A DNA stretch of 57,437 nucleotides from an uncultured Candidatus Saccharibacteria bacterium. GTDB lineage: Bacteria; Patescibacteriota; Minisyncoccia; Sungbacterales; JACQCQ01. The notes under the pieces are model-generated. The model had not been told where the DNA came from. It did no database searches and saw only the letters and a program-made list of their open reading frames with translations. Below, piece by piece: positions 1-9,128 of this stretch; position 1 is the stretch's first letter; each line of letters starts with the position of its first letter. The position numbers and the translations under genes were made by a program. The stretch lies in assembly GCA_964494945.1 (NCBI GenBank), contig CAZBTX010000005.1:1-57437 (forward strand). Direction: 5' to 3'.

Positions 1-12
1 AGGGTGTGGGGG

Positions 13-55
13 TTTATTCGTTAACTAACTCTAAAATTTAGAGAATACTGGCATG
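13..55 (+). repeat. Partial third copy of the repeat's 3' end, forming the rplF leader
   Basis: TTTATTCGTTAACTAACTCTAAAATTTAGAGAATACTGGCATG is identical to 1169-1211. Confidence 0.93.
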
Positions 56-598
56 AGCCGCATTGGGAAACAACCAATTCAAATACCGAACGCTGTTTCC
101 GTTTCTTTGGAGGGAAATTTGGTTTATATCAAAGGGCCCAAAGGAGAAATTACGAGGGCTTTTCCTTCTGAAATTAACGTTAGCGTGAAAGACGGGATTA
201 TTACGGTTTCGCCCGCGCGTGAGACCAAGAGAACCAAAGCGCTTTGGGGCTTGACACGGGCAATCTTGGCGCATTCTGTTTTAGGCGTTTCTCAAGGATT
301 TGAAAAGAAGTTGGAACTTGAAGGAGTGGGATACCGCGTGAATTTAGACGGCAAAGACCTAGTACTGCTTTTGGGATTTTCCCATCCCGTGCGTTTTCAG
401 GCACCCCTAGGCGTTGATTTTAAAGTTGAAAAGAATACCATTACGGTTTCCGGCTTTGATAAAGAATTGGTCGGCGAGACGGCCGCCAAAATAAGGGCTC
501 TTAAAAAACCCGAGCCCTACAAGGGCAAGGGCATAAAATATCAGGGAGAAGTTATACGAAGAAAAGCGGGCAAGAAGGTTACAGCTACTGTTACCTAA
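53..598 (+). CDS. rplF: 50S ribosomal protein L6
   Basis: MSRIGKQPI N-terminus and PEPYKGKGIKY C-terminal motif; spc operon position. Confidence 0.98.
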   Translation: MSRIGKQPIQIPNAVSVSLEGNLVYIKGPKGEITRAFPSEINVSVKDGIITVSPARETKRTKALWGLTRAILAHSVLGVSQGFEKKLELEGVGYRVNLDGKDLVLLLGFSHPVRFQAPLGVDFKVEKNTITVSGFDKELVGETAAKIRALKKPEPYKGKGIKYQGEVIRRKAGKKVTATVT

Positions 599-613
599 AG
601 ATCATATAAAATT

Positions 614-982
614 GTGGAAATTACCGTTAGGAGAAAACGAGAAAAACAAAGTATACGGGCGCGCCGAACGCGGGCTCGCATTCGCACGCATACTGAAACA
701 CCCCGTCTTTCCGTATTTAGGTCGGGCAAGCATATTTATGCCCAAATTATTGATGACCGGGCGAGTAAAACGCTGGTTTCAGCCCATGATATCGTAAAAA
801 ATAAAGGCAAAAAGGAAACCAAGACCCCATTAGGGGCCGCGGTATCGGTGGGAACGGCCATTGCCAAGAGAGCGTTAGAGAAAAAAATTAAAAAAGTGTC
901 TTTTGACCGCGGCGGATACAAGTATCACGGCAGGGTCAAGGCCTTGGCCGAAGCGGCGAGAAAAGCGGGATTACAGTTTTAA
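614..982 (+). CDS. rplR: 50S ribosomal protein L18 (GTG start)
   Basis: [18 protein letters not shown] and [20 protein letters not shown] motifs. Confidence 0.98.
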   Translation: MEITVRRKREKQSIRARRTRARIRTHTETPRLSVFRSGKHIYAQIIDDRASKTLVSAHDIVKNKGKKETKTPLGAAVSVGTAIAKRALEKKIKKVSFDRGGYKYHGRVKALAEAARKAGLQF

Positions 983-1206
983 AGGGCTTTGTCTAAAATT
1001 ATGAGCGAAGCGAAATCAATTTTAGGAACAAAACCTTTATCCCGTTAGAAATTAACACTAGAGTCAATATGCAAAATATCCGCGACAAGCAGAATATAGA
1101 CGAAGCCAAAGGAGCGTTAGGTCATCTAGCGTTAATTTCTAACGGGATGCTCAGTATTCAACCTAAATTTTATTCGTTAACTAACTCTAAAATTTAGAGA
1201 ATACTG
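980..1206. repeat. spc-operon intergenic repeat copy 1 (186 bp, 1021-1206, identical to 2176-2361); contains an 18-bp inverted repeat at 1039-1056/1131-1148
   Basis: Direct comparison; arms ATCCCGTTAGAAATTAAC / GTTAATTTCTAACGGGAT; the 5' part TAAAGGGCTTTGTCTAAA is also shared. Confidence 0.95.
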
Positions 1207-1208
1207 GC

Positions 1209-1700
1209 ATGGCACGACCACCACGAGGCGGTATGAGACGCGGCAGATTTCCGAAAGAAAGATCGGAATTCGACCAAAAAACTTTGGATATTAGGCGTGT
1301 AGCACGCGTGGTGAAAGGCGGGCGGCGTTTTAGTTTTCGCACCACCATTGTTTTGGGCAACAGAAAAGGCAAAGTGGCGGTGGGACTCGGTAAAGGGGCG
1401 GATGTGGCGCTTTCCATTGATAAGGCCGTGGCCAACGGCAAAAAGAACATGATTTTCGTACCCACCACGAAGAGCGGCAGTATTGCGCACGATGTTTCGG
1501 CAAAATACGGGAGTGCCATGGTACTACTGCGTCCGGCCGCCGATGGTCGCGGTCTAATCGCCGGCGGGCCAGTTCGGGTCGTGGCATCTTTGGCCGGTAT
1601 TCAAAATCTTACATCTAAGATTTTATCCCGAAGCTCCAATAAACTTAATAACGCGAGAGCCACTATTGAGGCCTTGAAAAAGTTAAAACAAAACTCTTAA
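1209..1700 (+). CDS. rpsE: 30S ribosomal protein S5
   Basis: RRVARVVKGGRRFSFR and GLIAGGPVR motifs. Confidence 0.98.
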   Translation: MARPPRGGMRRGRFPKERSEFDQKTLDIRRVARVVKGGRRFSFRTTIVLGNRKGKVAVGLGKGADVALSIDKAVANGKKNMIFVPTTKSGSIAHDVSAKYGSAMVLLRPAADGRGLIAGGPVRVVASLAGIQNLTSKILSRSSNKLNNARATIEALKKLKQNS

Positions 1701-1704
1701 AACC

Positions 1705-2136
1705 ATGCAGCTTCATACTTTAAAGTCGAATACCAAAATGCGTAGAGGCCAAAGGATAGGCCGCGGCGGAAAACGCGGCACTACTTCCGGTCGGGGCACT
1801 AAGGGCCAGAAGTCCAGAGCGGGACATAAAATTCGTCCGCAAATCCGCGAGATAATAAAGCGTATTCCCAAGCTTCGCGGCTATAAGTTCCGGTCGTTCC
1901 GCAAGCAGGCCGTGTCGGTCTCACTTGCAACTCTTGAGAAGAATTTTTCAAAAGGCGATAGGATATCCGCGAGGGCGCTAATGGAGCGCGGAATAGTTAA
2001 AAATGCCGGAGGTATTAAACCGCGCATTAAGATTCTTGGTTCTGGACCCGTTAGCAAAAGTTTTTCCATTGTAGGTCTTGAAATGTCCCGTGGGGCTCGG
2101 GCGGCAATTGAGAAAGCCGGGGGCAGCATTAAGTAA
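1705..2136 (+). CDS. rplO: 50S ribosomal protein L15
   Basis: RIGRGGKRGTTSGRGTKGQKSRAG motif; directly follows rpsE with no rpmD. Confidence 0.97.
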   Translation: MQLHTLKSNTKMRRGQRIGRGGKRGTTSGRGTKGQKSRAGHKIRPQIREIIKRIPKLRGYKFRSFRKQAVSVSLATLEKNFSKGDRISARALMERGIVKNAGGIKPRIKILGSGPVSKSFSIVGLEMSRGARAAIEKAGGSIK

Positions 2137-2361
2137 AGGGCTTTGTCTAAATTTTGGAGCCGTGAAGCGACAAAATTTAGGAACAAAACCTTTATCCCGT
2201 TAGAAATTAACACTAGAGTCAATATGCAAAATATCCGCGACAAGCAGAATATAGACGAAGCCAAAGGAGCGTTAGGTCATCTAGCGTTAATTTCTAACGG
2301 GATGCTCAGTATTCAACCTAAATTTTATTCGTTAACTAACTCTAAAATTTAGAGAATACTG
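2134..2361. repeat. spc-operon intergenic repeat copy 2
   Basis: 2176-2361 is identical to 1021-1206. Confidence 0.95.
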
Positions 2362-2363
2362 TC

Positions 2364-3629
2364 ATGTTCCAGAAACTTCGCTTACTCGTTACTTCTCCAG
2401 AACTTCGGAATAAGTTCTTATTTGTAATAGGGGCTCTGGCAGTATTTAGATTATTCGCGGCCATTCCGGTGCCGGGGGTGAACGCCGAGCGTCTCAAAGG
2501 ATTTTTGGAGGGCAATCAGTTCTTCGGGCTTTTGAATATATTTTCCGGCGGGGCGCTTTCCAATCTGTCTATCGTAATGTTGGGGGTGGGACCTTATATC
2601 ACCGGCTCCATCATCATGCAGCTTTTGACCATGATATTTCCGCGTTTAAAGGAAATGTATCAGGAAGAAGGCGAGGCGGGGCGCCGACGCTTTAACCAGT
2701 ATTCCAGGATTCTTACTGTGCCCTTGGCCATTTTACAGTCATACTCGCTGCTTATCCTTTTGATAAAACAGCAAGTAATTGGTCAATTGACGCCTTTTGG
2801 ATTCGCCACGAATATCTCGGTGATTACGGCGGGGACTTTAGTATTAATGTGGCTGGGAGAACTGATAACCGAAAAAGGGATAGGCAACGGCATCTCACTT
2901 TTGATATTTGCCGGCATTGTTTCCAGATTCCCTACTGATATCCGGCAAGCCCTCATAACTTTTGATGTTTCTCAATCGCCGACTTACCTCATATTTATTA
3001 TCGTCGCGCTTTTGGTTATTGCGGGCGTCGTGATCGTTAGTGAAGGGCAAAGAAACGTTCCGGTCTCTTATGCTAAACGTATTCGCGGCATGCGGGTATA
3101 TGGCGGCGTTTCCACGCACCTACCTTTAAGAGTTAACCAGGCCGGCGTTATTCCCATTATATTTGCCATTTCTATAGTGCTTTTTCCGGGGCTTATCGGA
3201 AATGTTTTGGCGGCCGTCCCGCAGTCATGGGCGCAAACGGCCTCGCAATTTTTAATTTCGGCTTTTAATAACACCTGGGTATACGGCTCCGTGTATTTCT
3301 TGCTGGTTTTTGCTTTCACTTATGTTTACACGGCCATTACTTTTGACCCGCAGTCCATTGCCGACAACATCCAAAAACAGGGCGGATTCATTTTGGGGAT
3401 TCGCCCGGGGCGCCCCACGGCGGAGTATTTGACCTCCATTCTTTCCCGCATCACTTTGGCCGGGGCTTTGTTCCTAGGCGTGATTGCTGTTTTGCCTCTG
3501 ATTGCGCAAGGCGTTCTGAAAATCAACGCTTTCACGCTGGGCGGCACGGCGCTTTTGATAGTGGTTTCGGTGGTGCTTGAGACCATGAAGCAGATAAATT
3601 CGCAGCTTGTAATGAGAGAATATGATTAG
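2364..3629 (+). CDS. secY: Preprotein translocase subunit SecY
   Basis: LGVGPYITGSIIMQLL, GIGNGISLLIFAGI, IRPGRPTAEYL and GGTALLIVV motifs; about 10 TM segments. Confidence 0.98.
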   Translation: MFQKLRLLVTSPELRNKFLFVIGALAVFRLFAAIPVPGVNAERLKGFLEGNQFFGLLNIFSGGALSNLSIVMLGVGPYITGSIIMQLLTMIFPRLKEMYQEEGEAGRRRFNQYSRILTVPLAILQSYSLLILLIKQQVIGQLTPFGFATNISVITAGTLVLMWLGELITEKGIGNGISLLIFAGIVSRFPTDIRQALITFDVSQSPTYLIFIIVALLVIAGVVIVSEGQRNVPVSYAKRIRGMRVYGGVSTHLPLRVNQAGVIPIIFAISIVLFPGLIGNVLAAVPQSWAQTASQFLISAFNNTWVYGSVYFLLVFAFTYVYTAITFDPQSIADNIQKQGGFILGIRPGRPTAEYLTSILSRITLAGALFLGVIAVLPLIAQGVLKINAFTLGGTALLIVVSVVLETMKQINSQLVMREYD

Positions 3630-3650
3630 CTCGATAGCTTTTTGGAAATC

Positions 3651-3680
3651 AGCAAAAACCCTCCAGCGAGGGTTTTTGCT
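3651..3680. terminator. Intrinsic terminator after secY
   Basis: AGCAAAAACCCTC-CAGC-GAGGGTTTTTGCT hairpin. Confidence 0.8.
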
Positions 3681-3785
3681 TCACCGGGCTCCTCATCTTG
3701 GTTGTTTGCTTAAGGTAGCCGCTTCGCGGCTTTTATTTTACTTGCTTTTGTTTTTGTTGAATTTAGGTATGATTACGATAAGGAT

Positions 3786-4274
3786 ATGATATATACCGCG
3801 CGCCAATTTTTTATAGGCATATTAGTGGCCATTATCGTGGCGGGCGCTGTTGGCTATTATTTGGGCCAACGTAGAGCTAAAACAGAGAGCAAAGTTGAAC
3901 CCGAAGTGTCAACTGGTCTTGATATTACTTCTTCCGTATTGCCGGAGGGGGACGCGGGTATTGCGGTTGACGATCAATTGCCGGGTAATCAAGTTTTTAT
4001 TTCCAAAGTTACATTAAATGAATCGCGCTGGATCGCCATTCACGAAGACAAAAATGGCGCCCCGGGCAATATCATAGGCGCTGGACGTTATGCCAAAGGC
4101 CTTACCGCTTCCACATCCATTGAATTACTGCGCCCCACGGTGAGCGGCGTATATTACGCCATGATCCATACGGATGATGGGGATAGCGAGTTTGATTATC
4201 AAAAAGACGTTCCGGTAATTTCCGATGGTCATGCTCCAATGACGCGATTTTTGATTGGTAAGGAAGAGGAATAA
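3786..4274 (+). CDS. Membrane-anchored beta-rich hypothetical protein (CPR-typical)
   Basis: N-terminal TM helix followed by a WIAIHED...GNIIGAG / YYAMIHTDDGD domain. Confidence 0.75.
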   Translation: MIYTARQFFIGILVAIIVAGAVGYYLGQRRAKTESKVEPEVSTGLDITSSVLPEGDAGIAVDDQLPGNQVFISKVTLNESRWIAIHEDKNGAPGNIIGAGRYAKGLTASTSIELLRPTVSGVYYAMIHTDDGDSEFDYQKDVPVISDGHAPMTRFLIGKEEE

Positions 4275-4281
4275 AAATCGG

Positions 4282-4962
4282 ATGAACCCGCGTCCCTTCA
4301 TTCTTTTTATTTTCGGCCCTCCGGGGTCGGGAAAATCCACGCAGGCGGAATTGGTAGCCGGAGAATTTGGTGCTACGCATTTTAATACTGGTGAAGTATT
4401 GCGGCGCATTTTTAAAGACCCGGCCAACGCACTTGACCCCAAAATCGTTTATGAAAGCAAGGCCGAAGAGCGCGGAGAATTGACCGATTCTAACTGGGTT
4501 AAAGACATAGTTTTAGAGGAAATTGCCAAGTTGAGAGCTGAAAATAAAAGTGTTATTTTTTCCGGCTCCCCCCGAACCATTTTTGAGGCCGAGGCGGAAC
4601 TCCCGAAATTCAAGGAACTTTACGGCGAGCTGATTTTTCTTTGTATCCTGCAAATTCATGAAGAAACGACGATGTACCGCAATTCGCACCGCAAGGTGTG
4701 CTCATCCTGCGGCAAGGTTTTTGCTTGGTCATCTCAATCCGAAAGAATGATGATCTGCGATGTTTGCGGTGGGGGATTAGTGACGCGCCCCGACGACGCT
4801 CCCCAGGTCATAAAAAAACGACTGCGGGTTTATCGCCAGTTGACCTTGCCCATTTTGAAATTTCTTGAATCAGGGGGGGTGAGATCCTTCACCATTGACG
4901 GCGAGCCGCCGCCCGAGATAGTATTTCAATCTTTGAAGAAAGAACTCCAGAAGTTAATCTAA
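4282..4962 (+). CDS. adk: Adenylate kinase with Zn-type LID
   Basis: GPPGSGKSTQA P-loop; CSSC...CDVC LID; RPDD motif; start moved to ATG 4282 because the rplF-style longer ORF start overlaps the upstream gene. Confidence 0.9.
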   Translation: MNPRPFILFIFGPPGSGKSTQAELVAGEFGATHFNTGEVLRRIFKDPANALDPKIVYESKAEERGELTDSNWVKDIVLEEIAKLRAENKSVIFSGSPRTIFEAEAELPKFKELYGELIFLCILQIHEETTMYRNSHRKVCSSCGKVFAWSSQSERMMICDVCGGGLVTRPDDAPQVIKKRLRVYRQLTLPILKFLESGGVRSFTIDGEPPPEIVFQSLKKELQKLI

Positions 4963-4966
4963 CGAT

Positions 4967-5152
4967 CCCGTTAGCGATCCGCGACCGCAAAAACAACTAA
5001 AGGTACAATAGGATATCCTATTGTACCAATGAAGAATAAGATGACGAATAGCATGAATGGAATAAAATTAAAGTGGAATGATCGCGACCTGCCCGCCAGC
5101 CCGCTTCGCCATAGCTTCAGCGGGGCGAGCAGACAGGTCTGCTTCTAACAGG
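4967..5152. repeat. CCCGTTAG...TCTAACAGG element filling the adk-map gap, with an internal 26-bp perfect palindrome (5002-5027)
   Basis: Left end CCCGTTAGC, right end GCTTCTAACAGG; GATCGCGACCTGC (5080-5092) is the exact reverse complement of 57167-57179. Confidence 0.75.
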
Positions 5153-5965
5153 ATGATTACGATAAAAACTCCTGAAGAAATTGAGACATTGAAGCGCGGC
5201 GGACATATTTTGGGCCGAATTCTTTCCGAAATTGCCGAGTCCGTACGTCCCGGCATTTCCACCAAGGACTTGGATGATTTGGCCGAACGCTTGATTTTGG
5301 CATCGGGCGGCGAGCCGTCGTTCAAGGGATATAACCCATATGGCGCCAAGGCCGCCTATCCTTCGGCGCTTTGCGTATCCGTGAACGACGAGGTAGTGCA
5401 CGCCATACCGCATCGTAAGCGAATTTTAGAAGAGGGAGACATTGTGGGGCTGGATATTGGCATGTGGTGGCCCGATAGAAAATCAAAAATCAAAAATCAA
5501 AAATCAAAATTTTGGAGGCCGATGGCGACGGATACGGCCGTGACTGTCGGCGTAGGAAAAATTTCCAAGACGGCCGAAAAGCTGATTCGCGTTACAAAAG
5601 AAGCGTTGGAGCTTGGTATTAAAGAAGTGCGCGCTGGCGCCAAAATCGGGGACATCGGAGCCGCAATTCAGAAACATATTGAAAAATATGGATTCGGCGT
5701 GGTGCGTGATTTAGCGGGGCACGGCGTGGGGTATAAAGTTCACGAGGATCCTTTTGTGCCAAATTATGGAACACGTGGCGAGGGGCTAGTTCTAAAAGAA
5801 GGCATGGTGATTGCGATTGAACCAATGGCAACCGAGGGCACCTGGAAAGTTATTTTGGACAAAGACGAGTGGTGTTTTAGAACGGCTGACGGCAAGCTGG
5901 CGGCCCATTTTGAGCATACGGTGGCGGTGACCAAAAACGGCGCTAAGGTACTAACTTTACCATGA
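5153..5965 (+). CDS. map: Methionine aminopeptidase type I
   Basis: LCVSVNDEVVHAIP, DIG, GHGVG, IAIEPM and AHFEHTV motifs; start at ATG 5153. Confidence 0.96.
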   Translation: MITIKTPEEIETLKRGGHILGRILSEIAESVRPGISTKDLDDLAERLILASGGEPSFKGYNPYGAKAAYPSALCVSVNDEVVHAIPHRKRILEEGDIVGLDIGMWWPDRKSKIKNQKSKFWRPMATDTAVTVGVGKISKTAEKLIRVTKEALELGIKEVRAGAKIGDIGAAIQKHIEKYGFGVVRDLAGHGVGYKVHEDPFVPNYGTRGEGLVLKEGMVIAIEPMATEGTWKVILDKDEWCFRTADGKLAAHFEHTVAVTKNGAKVLTLP

Positions 5966-6348
5966 AGTATCTGGGGCTGGATTACGGCAGAGCGCGGGTC
6001 GGCGTCGCTGTTTCCGACGACGAGGGGAAAATGGCGTTCCCGCGGTCAGTTTTGCTTTCTCAACCGGAGGAGAAGCTTTTTAAATCGCTGGCAGAGATCT
6101 CAGAAGCAGAAAAAATTAAAACCATAGTTTTGGGTATGCCGCCAGCTATGCCGGACGTAGACCAGAGCTTGGCCGGCGAAATCAAAGAATTCAGTCGTAA
6201 ATTGAGAGAGTTGGGTATGGAAGTTCTGTTTGAAAACGAGATGTTTACGACCAGGATCGCCGAGGCGCACTCTAAGAAAGATACGGACGCCTCGGCAGCA
6301 GCCCTGATTTTGCAGAGTTTTTTAGATAGGAAGAATAAGATAGAATAA
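5962..6348 (+). CDS. ruvX: YqgF/RuvX RNase-H-fold nuclease
   Basis: YLGLDYGRARVGVAVSD, NEMFTT and DASAAALILQSFLD motifs. Confidence 0.92.
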   Translation: MKYLGLDYGRARVGVAVSDDEGKMAFPRSVLLSQPEEKLFKSLAEISEAEKIKTIVLGMPPAMPDVDQSLAGEIKEFSRKLRELGMEVLFENEMFTTRIAEAHSKKDTDASAAALILQSFLDRKNKIE

Positions 6349-6558
6349 AGTAAAAGCCCAACGGGCTACCCCAGCAAACCCTAAACGAAGAACCTCTTTT
6401 TAAAACGCTCGATTGACGAGGAGAGACGCGAGAGCGACTGCGAATGCAGAAGCTCCCGTCTTCGGCCATGGTTTCCGAAGGAAGAGCGAGGAAATCGGCG
6501 AGTCTGATTTTCTCGGTTGGAAAATCAGACGATTTTGAAAAGATGGTTCGAGTGACCT

Positions 6559-7284
6559 ATGCACTTATCCTGGATTATTCCCTGCTATAACGAAGAGCAC
6601 CGCATTGAAAAGACCATCCGCGAAGTAGCGGATTATTTACGCACCAAAGGATTTGATTACGAAATTATCGCCGTCGACAATAATTCCAAAGACCGCACAC
6701 GTGAAGTCATCAAACGATTGTCAAATGAGATAATGGGACTGCGTCTAGTGGAAGCCAGCAAGGGGGGCAAGGGAGGGGCGGTGAAGCGCGGTATGCTGGA
6801 AGCCCGTGGAGACGTACGTATTTTTTCTGATGCCGACAATTCAACTTCGCCGGACCACTTTGATAAAATGGAGCCGCTATTCCAGCAAGGTTACGATGTA
6901 GTCATTTCGTCGCGGGATCCTAAAGATGCCAAGGGCGCTGGTCGTGACGTTGAAGAGCCGTGGCATCGCGAGATATTTGCCAATGTCGGAAACCTTATCA
7001 TCCAGATTCTTGGGGTCTGGGGTATTTGGGACACCCAAAACGGCTTTAAAGGATTTACCGCCAAAGCCGCCGATCAAATTTTTGGTGCTTTGACAATTAG
7101 CGGCTGGGCTTTTGATGTGGAAGTTCTGGTATTGGCAAAACGCTTGGGGTATCGTGTGGGAATTATTCCGGTTTCATGGCGATACGAGATTGACAGTAAA
7201 ATCACCCTAGGGTCTTACGTAGAAGTCTTTAGAGACGTTTTTCGTATTCGTTGGAATATAATCACTGGAAAATATGCCAAGTAA
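6559..7284 (+). CDS. GT2 glycosyltransferase (polyprenyl-phosphate glucosyltransferase-like)
   Basis: IIPCYNE, VDNNSKD, FSDAD, DTQNGFKGF and WAFDVE motifs. Confidence 0.9.
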   Translation: MHLSWIIPCYNEEHRIEKTIREVADYLRTKGFDYEIIAVDNNSKDRTREVIKRLSNEIMGLRLVEASKGGKGGAVKRGMLEARGDVRIFSDADNSTSPDHFDKMEPLFQQGYDVVISSRDPKDAKGAGRDVEEPWHREIFANVGNLIIQILGVWGIWDTQNGFKGFTAKAADQIFGALTISGWAFDVEVLVLAKRLGYRVGIIPVSWRYEIDSKITLGSYVEVFRDVFRIRWNIITGKYAK

Positions 7285-8320
7285 AAGTATCAAAGGAAAA
7301 TACTCGGAGCTTCGCCAAGACATTGTTTCGGGCGAGTGGGTGGTGATTGCCACGGGCCGCGCCAAGCGACCCAATGATTTCATTGCCAAAGCGCCCAAGG
7401 CGCACATCAATAACAAGGATGAATGTCCCTTTGAATCATTGGAAGCGGACGCCGAGCTCGTAGTCACCAAAAGCGGTGAAATTCTGGAGAATGCCAAGGA
7501 CTCTCGCGCCAGAGATTGGTTCGTGGAGGTCATCCCGAATAAATTCCCGGCCTTTTCGCCGCGAAGCGTTTGCGCGGTATTTTACGATAATGGGCCGCAT
7601 CGGTTTACCGATGGCATCGGGTTCCATGAAGTTATCGTTTTCCGTCCGCACGAAAAGTCGCTGGCGCTGATGACGTCCGGCGAGGTTGCTCTAGTGATCC
7701 GCGCTTACAAAGAGCGCATGAAGGCCTTAAATCCCGAGGAGTGCGTGGAATATATTAGCATCATTCATAATCACGGGCCCTTATCCGGGGCTTCCGTGTC
7801 GCATCCCCATTCGCAGTTGATCGCTATTCCCGTGATACCGCCGGATGTTCTGCGCTCTTTGTCTGGTTCAGAGCGTTATTTTATTGAAAAAAAAGAGTGC
7901 GTGCATTGCGTTATGATCGCGCACGAGCTTAAAGAAAAAACGCGCCTAGTTTTTGAAAACGATCACTTTGTGGCCTTTGCGCCCTATGCTTCACGCGCCG
8001 CTTTTGAGACAAGGATATTCCCCAAACTGCATAGCGCGGAATTTCAAAATATAACAGACGAAGAGATCAATCCTTTGGCCCAGACCCTGCGGGCAGTTCT
8101 CGCCAAACTTTATCACGGCCTCGGCGATCCTTCATATAATTTTTTCATTCACACCGCTCCCACGACTTCTAAGCGCGGCTACGGGCACTATCACTGGCAC
8201 TTGGAGATCCTTCCCAAAACCGGGGTCTGGGGCGGGTTTGAGTTTGGTACGGGCATTGAGATTTCAACCATAGCGCCCGAGAACGCCGCCAAATTTCTTC
8301 GCGGCGTAAAAGTCCCATAA
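7274..8320 (+). CDS. galT: Galactose-1-phosphate uridylyltransferase
   Basis: RAKRP, CPF, NKFPA, GASVSHPHSQ (HxHxQ) and YHWHLEILP motifs. Confidence 0.93.
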   Translation: MPSKSIKGKYSELRQDIVSGEWVVIATGRAKRPNDFIAKAPKAHINNKDECPFESLEADAELVVTKSGEILENAKDSRARDWFVEVIPNKFPAFSPRSVCAVFYDNGPHRFTDGIGFHEVIVFRPHEKSLALMTSGEVALVIRAYKERMKALNPEECVEYISIIHNHGPLSGASVSHPHSQLIAIPVIPPDVLRSLSGSERYFIEKKECVHCVMIAHELKEKTRLVFENDHFVAFAPYASRAAFETRIFPKLHSAEFQNITDEEINPLAQTLRAVLAKLYHGLGDPSYNFFIHTAPTTSKRGYGHYHWHLEILPKTGVWGGFEFGTGIEISTIAPENAAKFLRGVKVP

Positions 8321-8324
8321 TTCC

Positions 8325-9128
8325 ATGTCAAAGCTTATAGTCGTTGCCAATTGGAAAATGAATCCGCAAATGGAGTCGGAGGCTCTAAATCTTTTTGAGA
8401 AAACCCTAGCCGCTGCCAAGTCCGCCCAAAATGTCTCCGTGATTGTAGCGCCCCCATACCCGTTCCTGGAATCAATTAGCAAACGCTGGGGTCTATACGA
8501 GGCCGAAAAGCGGCAAGAAGCGGCGCTGCATTTGGCGGCCCAGGATGTTTTTTGGGAGCGGGACGGCGCTTACACCGGCGAGGTCTCGCCGTCCATGGAA
8601 AAAAATATGGGCGTGGCTTACGTCATCGTGGGACACTCCGAACGCCGTCGGCATTTGGGGGAGACGAACCAAATGATAAATCAAAAGCTAAAAAAAGCGC
8701 TGGAATTCGGTATTAAGCCAATTCTTTGCGTAGGCGAGGAGTCAAGGGCTGGAGACGAAATACCCGAAAGCGTAGGTAATCAACTACGAGCCGCATTAGA
8801 CGACGTTTCAGCGGAGTCCGCGGAGTCGGTTGTCGTGGCATACGAACCCGTTTGGGCGATTAGCGGCGGCGCCAGCAGTCATCCCGATACGCCGTCCGAT
8901 ATGCATAAAGCCGCGCTTTACATTAAAAAAATACTTTTGGATATGTACGGTCGGAAGTCCGCCGACAAGATTACTGTTCTCTATGGCGGATCGGTGGATT
9001 CGAGAAACGCGGTGTCCTTTATTGCCGAAACCGGGGGTGAAGTTCACGGACTCCTTGTTGGTCGCGATTCATTAACTCCGGATTTTGCCAGGGTCATTCA
9101 ACTTCTTGATCGGTATGCGCGCCAATGA
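8325..9128 (+). CDS. tpiA: Triosephosphate isomerase
   Basis: VANWKMN, VGHSERR, AYEPVWAI and LYGGSV motifs. Confidence 0.97.
   Translation: MSKLIVVANWKMNPQMESEALNLFEKTLAAAKSAQNVSVIVAPPYPFLESISKRWGLYEAEKRQEAALHLAAQDVFWERDGAYTGEVSPSMEKNMGVAYVIVGHSERRRHLGETNQMINQKLKKALEFGIKPILCVGEESRAGDEIPESVGNQLRAALDDVSAESAESVVVAYEPVWAISGGASSHPDTPSDMHKAALYIKKILLDMYGRKSADKITVLYGGSVDSRNAVSFIAETGGEVHGLLVGRDSLTPDFARVIQLLDRYARQ

Noticed and set aside
2143-2352. 69-aa ORF in the rplO-secY gap
   Set aside because: It lies entirely in the repeat, and its start is not preserved in copy 1; treated as incidental
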